64,000 nt of DNA from Tubiluchus corallicola (taxonomy: Eukaryota > Animalia > Priapulida). The notes below the pieces were generated by a model. That model saw only the letters and a program-made list of their open reading frames with translations. It searched no databases and was not told where the DNA came from. Below are positions 31,923 to 42,360 of this stretch, in pieces (within the stretch, counting starts at the first letter, position 1; every line of letters begins with the position of its first letter). The stretch covers positions 133,146 to 197,145 of the forward strand of contig JAQGDQ010000440.1 of assembly GCA_030141605.1 (NCBI GenBank), in the 5' to 3' direction. The position numbers and the translations under genes were made by a program.

Positions 31923-33092
31923 CTAACAAAAAGGCAAAACAATACGGAAAGTTGATCCCTTACCCTGTTCAGAGTTCTTAATAAATATTTTACCATTGTG
32001 ATAGTTTTCCACAATTCTCTTTGCAAGAGAAAGGCCAAGCCCCCACCCCCTTCTTTTTGTTGTATACCCCGGGGAAAAAACCTGCTGAAAACTAGCCTTA
32101 GGTATACCTTTACCGGAATCTGTTATATCTACATAAAGCTCTTTAAAAGAGTGGTATAGAGAAATATTTATCTCTCCTTTACCATCAATTGCATCTGTCG
32201 AATTCTTACAAAGATTCTCAATTACCCATGAGAACAAAGGTGCATTTAGGGGGATATTAGATTTCTGGTAAGGGTTAAAGTTACATGTATATCTTACTCT
32301 TTTGGGGCTTCTCGCTTCTAGATAAGACACAGTAGACGAGAGAAGCTGTACTACATTGGTGTTTGTGAGTTCAGGAGCGGAACCCACTTTCGAGAAACGC
32401 TCAGCAATACGGTTTAACCTCTCTACGTCCTTCTCTATTTCATCAACAGCAGTTTTGTCAACTTTCTGTGCTCTAAGCAGCTCCACCCAAGCCATAAGAG
32501 AGGATATCGGTGTCCCCAGCTGATGAGCGGTCTCCTTTGCCATCCCTACCCACACACGATTCTGCTCTGATACTTTAGAGGCACTAAGAGCTAGGTACAA
32601 CACAATCATAAACATACTTATTATCAGCAATTTCACCCACGGATAATACCTGAGTTTTATAAGCATCGTTGAATCATTATAATATATATAATTAGTGCTG
32701 CCTTCCGACTCCCCAATTACTATGGGAGCATGCCTTTTTTTCATCCTGGCAAGTTCTGTCCTAGCTAGCCTCTCTGTAGTCGGACTATCTGCACCAGAAA
32801 TATTACGCATGTATAGAATACTATCGCTTTGATTAGTAACGATTACAGGGATGCTATTATTTTCGAAAATATCTAGTGCAAATAGTGTATCTGCTGCAGA
32901 AATACTATCAGTTTCATTTATTTTTTTTGCTGCTTTTGCCCATAGCTCTACTTTTAGGCGTTCATCTTTTTCAAGTATTCGGGCAATATTATTGGTATAT
33001 ATCAGAGTGCCAGTACCAATAATAAGGATAAATGTAAGCAGCACTAACTTAAGCCTGCGGTTACTGAGGAATTGGGTCAAATCACGAGTCAT
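31923..33092 (-). CDS. Membrane sensor histidine kinase
   Basis: ETAHQLGTP H-box, ENLCKN, DSGKGI, GWGLGL. Confidence 0.92.
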   Translation of the reverse strand: MTRDLTQFLSNRRLKLVLLTFILIIGTGTLIYTNNIARILEKDERLKVELWAKAAKKINETDSISAADTLFALDIFENNSIPVIVTNQSDSILYMRNISGADSPTTERLARTELARMKKRHAPIVIGESEGSTNYIYYNDSTMLIKLRYYPWVKLLIISMFMIVLYLALSASKVSEQNRVWVGMAKETAHQLGTPISSLMAWVELLRAQKVDKTAVDEIEKDVERLNRIAERFSKVGSAPELTNTNVVQLLSSTVSYLEARSPKRVRYTCNFNPYQKSNIPLNAPLFSWVIENLCKNSTDAIDGKGEINISLYHSFKELYVDITDSGKGIPKASFQQVFSPGYTTKRRGWGLGLSLAKRIVENYHNGKIFIKNSEQGKGSTFRIVLPFC

Positions 33093-33154
33093 TTGGTATT
33101 CACGATGAAATTAGTGATTTCCTTTAAAAATGCTTACTTTTAGCAGTCTGACTT

Positions 33155-34486
33155 TTAAACCTTTCCTATATCTGTGGAAAAGCTACAGATGCTCATACTG
33201 CCATTTTCAGATACCTGAAATAGCTTTACCTTCTGCACACTGTTCACCAAATCGGTATTAAATGGCACTTCTACTTTAATATAATTTTCCGTCCACCCAC
33301 GCAATTTACCTCCCGGCTTTCCATTTTCAAAAAGAACTAAAGCTTTTTTTCCAACATTCTTTTTATAAAATGCTAATAATTTTTTATCTGACAACCTTTT
33401 CAACTGAGACGCACGATGCTTTCGTTTCGGTAAAGGTACAATACCAGGAATTTCAACCGCCTTTGTATTTGCCCTTTCTGAATAGGGGAAAACATGAAGT
33501 TGCGATACGTCAAGCCCCTCTACAAACTGTAATGTGTCGTTAAAAAACTCATCCGTCTCCCCATTCATTCCTGCGATTATATCAACTCCAATAAATGAAA
33601 ATGGTATGAGTTTGCGTATCTTATCTACTTTGGTTGAAAATATATCACGTGCATACCTGCGCCTCATTAACTTTAGCATCTCATCCGAACCCGACTGCAA
33701 AGGGATATGAAAATGCGGCATAAATTTTTTTGAGTTACTCACAAGCTCTATTATCTCATCATGTAGTAGATTAGGCTCAATTGATGAGATACGAATACGA
33801 CTAACCTCCTCCACTTTATCCAAAGCCCTGAGCAGCCCAATAAGGCTCTCTCCCGTAGAGCGGCCAAAATCACCTATATTTACACCTGTAAGTATAATCT
33901 CTTTCACCCCGCTTTCCCCAGCTGTCTTTGCTGCTTTAACGATACTTTCAATACTGGGATTACGGCTCCTTCCGCGTGCATTTGGTATAGTACAGTAGCT
34001 ACAAGAATAGTCACACCCATCCTGTATCTTCAGAAAACTTCGGGTTCGGTTCCCAAAAGAGCAGGAGTGGTTGAACGTTAAATTATCCTTAAACGTGCAG
34101 GTATGTACCTCAGCACTATCATGCTTCTCAAGGTCTTTTAAATATTTCAGGATATGGAACTTATCATTTGTCCCAAGCACCAGGTCAACCCCGGGTATAG
34201 ATGCAGCCTCTGCAGGCTTCAACTGCGCATAGCATCCAACCACCACAATAAAAGCGGCCGGATTCCGCATTATTGCCTGCCTTATAAGAGCCCGGCTCTT
34301 TTTGTCAGCACTATCGGTAACCGAGCAGGTATTAATAACATAAATATCTGCATCATCCTTAAAGTCTACCTGCTTAAATCCTGTCTTCTGAAACAATAGC
34401 GAGATAGTTAGCATCTCAGAGAAGTTTAACTTACAACCCAACGTGCTAAAAGCAACCCTTCTGCCTTTGTACATCAAATGCTTCAT
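33155..34486 (-). CDS. mtaB: tRNA t6A37 methylthiotransferase MtaB
   Basis: TLGCKLNFSE, INTCSVT, VGCYAQ, GCDYSCSYC. Start placed at ATG 34486 because the ORF-track start overlaps a TACTTTTG promoter motif (34512-34519). Confidence 0.92.
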   Translation of the reverse strand: MKHLMYKGRRVAFSTLGCKLNFSEMLTISLLFQKTGFKQVDFKDDADIYVINTCSVTDSADKKSRALIRQAIMRNPAAFIVVVGCYAQLKPAEAASIPGVDLVLGTNDKFHILKYLKDLEKHDSAEVHTCTFKDNLTFNHSCSFGNRTRSFLKIQDGCDYSCSYCTIPNARGRSRNPSIESIVKAAKTAGESGVKEIILTGVNIGDFGRSTGESLIGLLRALDKVEEVSRIRISSIEPNLLHDEIIELVSNSKKFMPHFHIPLQSGSDEMLKLMRRRYARDIFSTKVDKIRKLIPFSFIGVDIIAGMNGETDEFFNDTLQFVEGLDVSQLHVFPYSERANTKAVEIPGIVPLPKRKHRASQLKRLSDKKLLAFYKKNVGKKALVLFENGKPGGKLRGWTENYIKVEVPFNTDLVNSVQKVKLFQVSENGSMSICSFSTDIGKV

Positions 34487-34633
34487 TCTATTCCTTAGGA
34501 TAAACAGGCCACAAAAGTACAAATATAATCCCAGAACAAACCGAAGTATATAAGTAGCTAAAGGCAGTGATTATTTCCTCTAAAATAGGACTGTGATCTA
34601 AACTCAAAAATAAAGACTAACTTTACTGTATTG

Positions 34634-34768
34634 AAGCCTTTACAAGACGAAAGATTTTGTTCAGGTTGAGGGAAAACTGATAAAAGCCCGCAGCTTGCTG
34701 GTGTATATAAGGATTTTGAAGAAAATTTCGAGAAAAATATTAGTAAAAATAAGCTTTGTAAAGATCTT
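34634..34768 (+). repeat. Element A copy
   Basis: AAGCCTTTACAAGACGAAAGATTTTG ... GCCCGCAG ... TAAGGATTTTGAAG ... AAGCTTTGTAAAGATCTT. Confidence 0.88.
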
Positions 34769-34910
34769 ATAGCTTAGATGCTATAATGGTTAAACAGCTT
34801 ATACAAAATGAACACCCCGACAAACTATCAAAAGAGTAATAAAACCTGTAGGATATACTTTCAATCCTTTAAGCTGAAAGAGAATAACTAATCTTTTTAA
34901 TATTTGAGCT

Positions 34911-35051
34911 ATGTACACTACTGGAGAAAAGCCTGGCATGGGAAGTTACAAATGTGTAAAATGTGGATTAATAATTAAGCTTGATGATAATGCCGATGCA
35001 CTTCCCATCTGTCCAAAATGTCGTGCTAAACAATGGACTAAAATTAGTTAA
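34911..35051 (+). CDS. Small zinc-ribbon protein (46 aa), absent from the ORF track
   Basis: MYTTGEKPGMGSYKCVKCGLIIKLDDNADALPICPKCRAKQWTKIS: two CxxC pairs, TGEKPG-G-Y-C and LPxCPxC pattern; followed by a hairpin. Confidence 0.85.
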   Translation: MYTTGEKPGMGSYKCVKCGLIIKLDDNADALPICPKCRAKQWTKIS

Positions 35052-35056
35052 CCTAA

Positions 35057-35087
35057 AAGGGCTGTCTCTACAGGACTCAGCCCTTCT
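35057..35087 (+). terminator. Hairpin downstream of the zinc-ribbon ORF
   Basis: AAGGGCTG ... CAGCCCTT inverted repeat. Confidence 0.5.
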
Positions 35088-35096
35088 GCATTAGAA

Positions 35097-35341
35097 AGCA
35101 CTATCTCATAAACTGTGTAAATAGAAAATACACAAAAAACAAACTTTCATTCCCGTCAGACCAGACTGTAATGAAATCTGTATTTTTGGCAACCAGAGAA
35201 GCAACTAAAAAATGGTCAATGTCAATCAGGAACTGGGGCATTGTCTTGAATCAGTTCTTAGTTATATTTGAAAAAAGGGTCCAGCTATAAATAGCCAAAC
35301 CCTCGGTATATTTTAGTTTACACACTTTGTGAAACAGTGTC
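35097..35341 (+). mobile_element. Internally deleted IS256-family element (245 bp)
   Basis: Imperfect 25-bp IRs (AGCACTATCTCATAAACTGTGTAAA vs reverse complement GACACTGTTTCACAAAGTGTGTAAA). Residual peptide [38 protein letters not shown] matches an IS256 transposase C-terminus. Flanks CATTAGAA / ATTTAGAA. Confidence 0.85.
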
Positions 35342-35375
35342 ATTTAGAACGAGCTTACACTGCTGCACAACGGCA

Positions 35376-38300
35376 TCACTCCACCTCTAAAATACTGCTC
35401 TCATCTATATACCATACATACCCACTTACTTTTGCAAACCCCATATCTAATAGATCATTAATATACTCTTTCACCTGGGCAAAATGCTTTTCAGAGACAC
35501 CTCCCGTTTTATAATCAACTATAACAGCCCTGTCCTTCTCTACCATAATGCGGTCAGGGCGCCGCTTTTTATCGCCAGGCCTCAAAATATTCCTCTCTGC
35601 CAACACCTTCCATTTTCCGCTAAACCACTCTTTCGCTTTCTCATCATATACTAGTGCTCTGATACCTTTTTCCAGCATAGAGGCCTCATCCACACTTATT
35701 CTCCCTTCAAACAAACACCTTTTAATAACGGGGGCAATATCGTCAGCCGTTACGATCCTCTCTAGCACCTCATGTATATGGCGCCCACGGTTCATTTTTG
35801 ACAACCTGTCATCATCACCCGGCAGTGAATACCCTTCACTGTTTAACTTTATCTTAAAATTATCACTCCTGCCCGTAAACAAAACTTCTCCACACCCACT
35901 CTCCCTCACTGCACTTCCTCTCTCAAAATAACCCAACTCCCCTATTTTGAATTTCTTATCGCTGCTATTCCAATAATCAGACATGCTTATATACTTCTCA
36001 CAATCAGCCGAATCGAGCAGCGGTGGCTGCTCAATAACAGACTGTAATACTTCTGACACACTCCCGGAAGAGCTCTTATCCTCACTATGCTGGCAATAGA
36101 TAAATAAAAAATCTACCGCACGTGTAAATGCAACATACATTAGATTTAGATTATCCACCGCACTATAAACCATCTCGGTACAATACTCCTCGGAAAAAAA
36201 TGAATCCTTCAGCTCTTTAGAAAACTTTACAGGAACCACCTCCAACCTGTTGAACGGCTCCACTCTAGGCTTACACCACATCTGTCTGGCTTTATTTACC
36301 TCCGGAAATATTTTCCAGTCACAAAACGGAACAAAAACAACTTTAAACTCCAACCCTTTCGACTTGTGAATAGTTAACACATTTACTGCATTTTGATCTT
36401 CAGGGGCGCTTATTGACTGATCCTTACCCGTGCTCTCCCACCAATTAAGAAATGAAACAATATCGGGCATCTCATTCCAGGTATACTCAAGCAAAATATC
36501 CAAGAATGCCTGTAAAAAAACCCACTCTCCCGTAGCTCTGTGCAGCTGAAATTCACTTATAATGTGCCCAACAAGATCATACAAGGATAAATTCTTAAGC
36601 TTACATAAAGCCTTCTCTCTCCTTTTATGGCTTATCCAGTCTGCAAAGATACGGGATGCCTCATCTTCTGGAAAGAGAGCACCCTGCGCGTCAGACCTAC
36701 CGCAGTTACCATCCATCTTAATACTATCGGAAATTAACGGCGCTATACAGTTAAAATACTCGTGCATCATGGTGGTAACACATATCTCATTCTGGGGCTC
36801 GGCAACCATCGTCAGAAACAGAACTACAAACCTTACCGTTGCCGACTGTTCCACTTTTAGCGAATCACCGGATACAACATTATAGCAACAGTTCTTCCTT
36901 GGCGCTTTATACTTTTTCCTCAACATGGCTTTCACTACCATCTCACCTTCGCGTTTACTCCTCACAAGTATGGCTATATCTCCAGGATTACACCCTTTCT
37001 CTTGTAGATCCTCCACCTGTTTTACAAGGCGCTCCAGTACATCTTCCCTAAACTCATTTTTATTTGAGCAACCTTCAACAAACTTTACCTCTACATACCC
37101 GTTACTTGTGGATTTATACGAGCAACTTTGATAATGATCTGCATAAGCATTCTCAACCGCACCTTTTAGCATACCAGCCTCAGTACCGTTAAGCCTCTCC
37201 TCCAGCTCTTCCTCAATATGTTTGGCACACTCCCTGAAAATAATGTTATTGAACCCTATTACATTTTTTGAACTTCTCCAATTAGTACCAAGAGATATTG
37301 TATTTGTACCAAATGAAGAATATTCGTTCTCCAGTTGAGTTGCAAGTATATCCCAATCTCCATCTCTCCACCTGTATATAGACTGCTTCACATCCCCAAC
37401 CACAAGGCTCAAGTTCCCTTCCGAAAGTGAGTTTTTTACAAGTGGTGCAAAATTCTGCCACTGTATTCCTGAGGTATCCTGAAATTCATCAAGCATAAAA
37501 TGACGAAAAATACTTCCCATTTTTTCATATATAAACGAGGAAGAATCACCATCCACAATATCATTTATATAATGTGGCACATCATCTATTAACAGTAGCC
37601 CCTTCTCCTCCGCAACCTCTTTTACCTTTATCGCAAGATCGGCAAGAATACCCAATACATATAACCCTGGCAAAATTGCATTTGCCGTATTCACTCTGGG
37701 TAACTGTTCTCTACGTGTTGACAGAGCCTTTAAAATCAGCTTATTCAAACCTACTTCATAAGCATTTGATATCCTCTCTTTCAGCTCATCACTATCTGAC
37801 TTCTTATACCACCCTTCAAGATTATTGCAGGCGCTTTCAACCCTTTTCGATGGCTCGTATTTCCCGTCTACAAGCTTGTTAAAATAGCTCGCAAAAGAGC
37901 TTTTCCCATACTTAAACTGGGTAACTTTCAAACCACACCTATCCATCAGCTCAAGACCGCTGCTACCTATCTCCTGCATTGTAACTTCATAGCTCGACAC
38001 AATCTCCTTCAATGCTACAGTATACTCCGCGAGAAAAACCTTGTTGGAGATAAGATCAACAGTATCACCGCTAAGCATCCTAAACCCTTTACTAAAAATA
38101 TCTTCCCCTTTATTAAGCATTTCCTCCCTAAAGTCCCAGTTTAACCCCTTTCTGATATTTTCATCTGCATATGCGTGCAGCCAGTTCTTTATATTTTCAT
38201 TCTCACCTATTTCAAAAAATATTCTATCAATAGCCTCCTCAAATACAACCTCTTTATTAATCTCCATTTTGTGTGAAGGGCGAATATTCATTTCACGGGA

Positions 38301-38648
38301 AAAGGCGCGAACTATTTTCTGGAAAAAACTATCAATAGTGCTTATCGAAAAATGTGAATAATCATGAAGTATGTGCTTCAGAATGGATGCTGCTTCCTGC
38401 CTGATCTCTGCCTCACTCTTTTTTGCCACCTCCCTAAGGGTATCCAGATGAGCTGAACCCTCTCCATTTGCCAAAAGATGTAACTCTCGAAGTATTCTAC
38501 CCTTCATCTCCGCAGTAGCCTTATTGGTAAAAGTAACAGCCAAAATATTTTTATACGCTCTCTTTCTACCAAATACCAATTGCAGGTACTCGCTTGTTAT
38601 CTGAAAAGTTTTGCCGGATCCAGCCGAAGCTTTGTATATCTTTAACAT
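35376..38648 (-). CDS. addA: UvrD-family helicase-nuclease, AddA/RecB-like
   Basis: ASAGSGKT, TFTNKAT, DEFQDTS, VGDVKQSIYRWR, TIHKSKGLEF; C-terminal RPDRI ... DYKTG nuclease motif. Confidence 0.88.
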   Translation of the reverse strand: MLKIYKASAGSGKTFQITSEYLQLVFGRKRAYKNILAVTFTNKATAEMKGRILRELHLLANGEGSAHLDTLREVAKKSEAEIRQEAASILKHILHDYSHFSISTIDSFFQKIVRAFSREMNIRPSHKMEINKEVVFEEAIDRIFFEIGENENIKNWLHAYADENIRKGLNWDFREEMLNKGEDIFSKGFRMLSGDTVDLISNKVFLAEYTVALKEIVSSYEVTMQEIGSSGLELMDRCGLKVTQFKYGKSSFASYFNKLVDGKYEPSKRVESACNNLEGWYKKSDSDELKERISNAYEVGLNKLILKALSTRREQLPRVNTANAILPGLYVLGILADLAIKVKEVAEEKGLLLIDDVPHYINDIVDGDSSSFIYEKMGSIFRHFMLDEFQDTSGIQWQNFAPLVKNSLSEGNLSLVVGDVKQSIYRWRDGDWDILATQLENEYSSFGTNTISLGTNWRSSKNVIGFNNIIFRECAKHIEEELEERLNGTEAGMLKGAVENAYADHYQSCSYKSTSNGYVEVKFVEGCSNKNEFREDVLERLVKQVEDLQEKGCNPGDIAILVRSKREGEMVVKAMLRKKYKAPRKNCCYNVVSGDSLKVEQSATVRFVVLFLTMVAEPQNEICVTTMMHEYFNCIAPLISDSIKMDGNCGRSDAQGALFPEDEASRIFADWISHKRREKALCKLKNLSLYDLVGHIISEFQLHRATGEWVFLQAFLDILLEYTWNEMPDIVSFLNWWESTGKDQSISAPEDQNAVNVLTIHKSKGLEFKVVFVPFCDWKIFPEVNKARQMWCKPRVEPFNRLEVVPVKFSKELKDSFFSEEYCTEMVYSAVDNLNLMYVAFTRAVDFLFIYCQHSEDKSSSGSVSEVLQSVIEQPPLLDSADCEKYISMSDYWNSSDKKFKIGELGYFERGSAVRESGCGEVLFTGRSDNFKIKLNSEGYSLPGDDDRLSKMNRGRHIHEVLERIVTADDIAPVIKRCLFEGRISVDEASMLEKGIRALVYDEKAKEWFSGKWKVLAERNILRPGDKKRRPDRIMVEKDRAVIVDYKTGGVSEKHFAQVKEYINDLLDMGFAKVSGYVWYIDESSILEVE

Positions 38649-38887
38649 ATATTACTTTAAATCTGATAGTAGGGGCAACGCCCTAAAAATATAAAAATTA
38701 CAGCGCCTCCTGTGCTAAAAAACCCAATACATTTTTATAATATTACGCAAATAGTCAACTCTAAGCGCAATAAGGCTAGAATTAACCACAGATTAAACAA
38801 AACACATCACAATAATGAATATTAGCAAATACTAATATGCAGCATCAGATAAACTTATATCGTCTTTTTAGAAACAGCAGATAAGTA

Positions 38888-39439
38888 TTGAAAAGTTTAA
38901 ACTTAGACATTCACAAAGAGCTTATTGAGCACTGCATGAATGGAGACAGAAAAGCTCAATTTGAAGTTTACAAGCTCTACAGTAAGGCCATGTACAACAC
39001 ATGCCTGAGAATAGTAGGTAGCTGTGAGGACGCTGAGGATATTATACAAGAATCATTCCTTGCGGCTTTCAATAAACTGGAAACTTACAAGAGAGAAGCA
39101 AGCTTTGGAGCCTGGTTAAAAAGAATAGTGATAAACCGTTCTTTGGACCATATAAAAAAGACAAAGGCAATATTTGAGGAGCTCCAAAATAATACTGCAA
39201 TTGTTGAAGAAAATATTGAATACTCATCACCTATATCTATTGATGAAATAAAAAGTGCAGTACAGGAGTTACCAAATGGGTACAGAGTGGTGCTATCGCT
39301 TGTGCTTTTTGAAGGCTATGACCACGAGGAGGTAGGACAGATTCTGAAAATTGGAAACTCTTCATCGCGCTCACAATACACAAGAGCAAAAAATAAATTG
39401 AAGAGTATTTTAGAGAAAAAATATAGCACAACTGATTAA
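38888..39439 (+). CDS. ECF RNA polymerase sigma factor
   Basis: DAEDIIQESF, FGAWLKRIVIN; region 4 (EGYDHEEVG). Confidence 0.9.
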   Translation: MKSLNLDIHKELIEHCMNGDRKAQFEVYKLYSKAMYNTCLRIVGSCEDAEDIIQESFLAAFNKLETYKREASFGAWLKRIVINRSLDHIKKTKAIFEELQNNTAIVEENIEYSSPISIDEIKSAVQELPNGYRVVLSLVLFEGYDHEEVGQILKIGNSSSRSQYTRAKNKLKSILEKKYSTTD

Positions 39440-39449
39440 GGAAGCTTTT

Positions 39450-39998
39450 ATGGATAAAATTGAAAAAATAATTATTGAGAATCGTGACAGATTCGAGGAA
39501 AACCTTCCTAACGGACATATGGAGCGGTTTAAAGCCCGGATGGGGCCAGCCAGAGATAAAAAACCCCTGACGGTGCGCCTGGGACGTGTCGCTGCTGTCG
39601 CTGCCATAGTAGCTATAACCATAAGTGTTGGTATGCACCTGTTGCCAAACCTGTTCAAAACAGGCAACAGCCCCGTTCATCTGCCACCATATATGGCAGA
39701 AACAGAGACGTATTACGTAAACAATATAGACCGTGGAATTATCGAAATAGAAAAGCTATTATCCAAAGACATTAGCACAAAAGAGGAGATAGAAATAATA
39801 CGGCATGAACTTGCCAAAATGGATAGTCTTTACCTCATGCTCCAAAAAGACCTGGAGCATAATTACGAAGATGAACGTGTTGTAAACGCAATGATAAAGC
39901 ACTATCAAATTAAATTAGACGTTATCAATGCAGTATTGCATAATTTAAAAAATATAAAGCAAGATAAGAAAATAGCGACTAAAAATATAGATGTATGA
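39450..39998 (+). CDS. Single-TM protein, putative anti-sigma partner
   Basis: GHMERF N-terminus, one TM segment, helical C-terminus; follows the ECF gene. Confidence 0.6.
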   Translation: MDKIEKIIIENRDRFEENLPNGHMERFKARMGPARDKKPLTVRLGRVAAVAAIVAITISVGMHLLPNLFKTGNSPVHLPPYMAETETYYVNNIDRGIIEIEKLLSKDISTKEEIEIIRHELAKMDSLYLMLQKDLEHNYEDERVVNAMIKHYQIKLDVINAVLHNLKNIKQDKKIATKNIDV

Positions 39999-41011
39999 AG
40001 ACACTAAAATTAAACATATTAATAGCTGTATCACTTTTAATAGCTATGCCCTCACTGGCAGAGCGTATCTCAAAGGAGACATATGAAAGCTACTCCATAG
40101 ACCAGGTAAATAAGCTTAAGGTAAGTAACAAGTACGGCAACATATACATTAATGATTCACGCACAGACTCTGTTGTTATAAGAGTTGAAAAATGGATTGA
40201 AGGGCTATCGGAAAAAAAGGCATTACACCTTCTGGACCAAATTGACATATCATTAAAGTTTACAAATGGCGCCATTACTGCCCAGACAAATATTAAAAAA
40301 AACTTTAAAACCCGCCAAAAATTTAGTATCGACTATTACATATCGATTCCTGAAGACAAGGATCTGTTCGTAGAGCAAAAATATGGTGGAGTAAACATGA
40401 ATAACCTCACGGGAAACGGACACTTTATAATAAAGTACGGACACTTCAATGGTAAAGAACTAAACTCTGCAAAATTACAGATGGATATAGGGTTCAGCGA
40501 AGTATCAATAGATGAAGTATCAACTTTGAACTTAGTGCTAAGGTACTCTAAAATGTCTATTGAGAAAGGGAAAAACCTTACAATAGAAAGCCGCTTTTCA
40601 ACCCTAAATATTGAAAAATGCAATGGTCTTATATCCAATTCACGATATGATGGAATCAATATTGGCACAATACAGGAGTTAACAATGAAGTCAAAATTTA
40701 CTAACACAGACATAGATAACGTAACCCAAAACTTTACGCTGGATAATGAATATGGGAATGTAAGTGTAGGTAAAATTTCGCTAGGCTTCAAAAACATTAA
40801 TATTCAGAATAGATACGCAAACGTAAGTTTAAAAATAGATAGTATGGCATCATACCACCTGGAGGCCTACTTAGAACACTGCTCTCTTAAATATTTTCAA
40901 AAAAATACAACAACCGACTCTACAGTAAATGAGTATGTAGGGAATATAAAAAACACACCCTCTAAAGTTCACATTCAGAGCCGCTACGGGAACATAGACC
41001 TAACACCTTAA
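39995..41011 (+). CDS. Exported beta-strand repeat protein (DUF4097/adhesin-like)
   Basis: Signal peptide; recurring NKYGNI/KYG/SRYGNI motifs. Confidence 0.65.
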   Translation: MKTLKLNILIAVSLLIAMPSLAERISKETYESYSIDQVNKLKVSNKYGNIYINDSRTDSVVIRVEKWIEGLSEKKALHLLDQIDISLKFTNGAITAQTNIKKNFKTRQKFSIDYYISIPEDKDLFVEQKYGGVNMNNLTGNGHFIIKYGHFNGKELNSAKLQMDIGFSEVSIDEVSTLNLVLRYSKMSIEKGKNLTIESRFSTLNIEKCNGLISNSRYDGINIGTIQELTMKSKFTNTDIDNVTQNFTLDNEYGNVSVGKISLGFKNINIQNRYANVSLKIDSMASYHLEAYLEHCSLKYFQKNTTTDSTVNEYVGNIKNTPSKVHIQSRYGNIDLTP

Positions 41012-41108
41012 CCTATTCTATAAAAAACTTAACAGAAAGCTAGGCAAGGCACTCGGTAAACTGAGAGCTTCGTAAAGCAGAATGTCTTGACTTATAGAAA
41101 AATAGTGA

Positions 41109-41232
41109 AGCATTTATAAAACGAAAATTTTTGATTCCGGATTGAGTAAAAATTCGAAGAACCGCTGTTTGATAATGTAAATAATGGTTTTGACGAAAAT
41201 ATCAATACAAAGATGGGCTTTGCAAATGGCTT
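41109..41232 (+). repeat. Element A copy
   Basis: ACGAAAATTTTTG ... ATTGAGTAAAAATTCG ... ACCGCTGTTTG ... GTAAAT ... TTTTGACGAAAATATCAATACAAAGATGGGCTTTGCAAATGGC. Confidence 0.85.
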
Positions 41233-41277
41233 AACTCAGTATATTCCTAAAGAACTACAACTATTTATCATTTTGAG

Positions 41278-41321
41278 TATCTTTGCCAAAACTGTCATTT
41301 TCTCATTGGCATGAAATTTGA
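41278..41321 (+). promoter_or_regulatory. Promoter region: TAnnTTTG plus a sigma-54-like -24/-12 box
   Basis: TATCTTTG at 41278-41285; TGGCAT-GAAAT-TTGA at 41307-41321 (consensus TGGCAC-N5-TTGC). Confidence 0.4.
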
Positions 41322-41334
41322 GGAAACTTTTAAT

Positions 41335-41455
41335 ACCTTTACAAGGCGAAAGATTTGATTAAATTGAGTGAAAAATTTGGTGAAAAGCCACAGTTTGACA
41401 CTAGCAAATGAGGATTTTGACTAGAACATCAATAAAAAATAATCTTGCAAAGATT
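41335..41455 (+). repeat. Element A copy
   Basis: ACCTTTACAAGGCGAAAGATTTG ... GCCACAG-TTTG-ACACTAG-CAAA-TGAGGATTTTGA ... TCTTGCAAAGA. Confidence 0.85.
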
Positions 41456-41500
41456 TCGAAACAGAATTTGACTAAGAGGTAATTTCAAAAATAGCTGAAA

Positions 41501-42178
41501 ATGATTTGGATAATATTTATCGGATTTATGCTTTTAAGCTGGTTTGTAAGTAATCAACTTAAAAGAAGATTTAAAGAATACTCTAAAATTCCTACTGCTA
41601 ATGGAATAAGCGGGAAGGAAGTTGTTGAGAAAATGCTAAAGGACAATGGAGTTAAGGGTGTTAGGATAGGATCTGTAAAAGGCAGACTTAGTGACCACTA
41701 CAATCCAATTAATAAAACTATAAACCTAAGCAGTGAAGTGTATAATGGGCGAAGTGTTGCAGCTGCAGCAGTTGCTGCCCACGAATGTGGACATGCACTA
41801 CAGCACGCAACATCTTACAAATGGTTAGGATTTCGCTCCAAACTAGTACCTGTAGTTAGCGTCTCTTCCAAGTGGACTCAATGGGTCCTCTTATTGGGAA
41901 TCATAATGATACAGAGCAATCCTGCAATTTTGCTTGGTGGAATAATCCTTTTTGCCACTACAACATTATTCAGCTTTATAACGCTTCCCGTAGAGATAAA
42001 CGCAAGTAAAAGGGCGCTGGCGTGGTTGAAAACAGCAAACATAACAACCTCCCAGTCACAAAAAAAAGCAGAAGACGCCTTGAACTGGGCAGGATATACT
42101 TACGTTGTTGCAGCGCTATCTTCGTTAGCTACGCTACTATACTATGTACTAATTTTTATAGGCGCGTCAAGAGACTAA
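41501..42178 (+). CDS. Neutral zinc metallopeptidase (YugP/Zn_peptidase_2-like)
   Basis: LSDHYNP, AAHECGHALQH, LPVEINASKRA, TYVVAA. Confidence 0.9.
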   Translation: MIWIIFIGFMLLSWFVSNQLKRRFKEYSKIPTANGISGKEVVEKMLKDNGVKGVRIGSVKGRLSDHYNPINKTINLSSEVYNGRSVAAAAVAAHECGHALQHATSYKWLGFRSKLVPVVSVSSKWTQWVLLLGIIMIQSNPAILLGGIILFATTTLFSFITLPVEINASKRALAWLKTANITTSQSQKKAEDALNWAGYTYVVAALSSLATLLYYVLIFIGASRD

Positions 42179-42210
42179 AAACAGCACCCTCCTCAAAAGA
42201 GATGATTGTG

Positions 42211-42336
42211 GTCCCTTTGCATAGTAGTTCGGTTCAGGCTAGGGAAAAACTCGATAAAAAAACCGCAGATTGCTTACGTAAATAAGAATCGCTGAAGAGA
42301 ATTCTGACAAAAATCAGGGATTATTACAAAGGCCTC
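42211..42336 (+). repeat. Element A copy
   Basis: CCCTTTGCA ... GGAAAAACTCGATAAAAAAACCGCAG-ATTGC-TTAC-GTAAA ... TTACAAAGGCCTC. Confidence 0.8.
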
Positions 42337-42360
42337 GGATTAACAAACATTATAAAAAAA

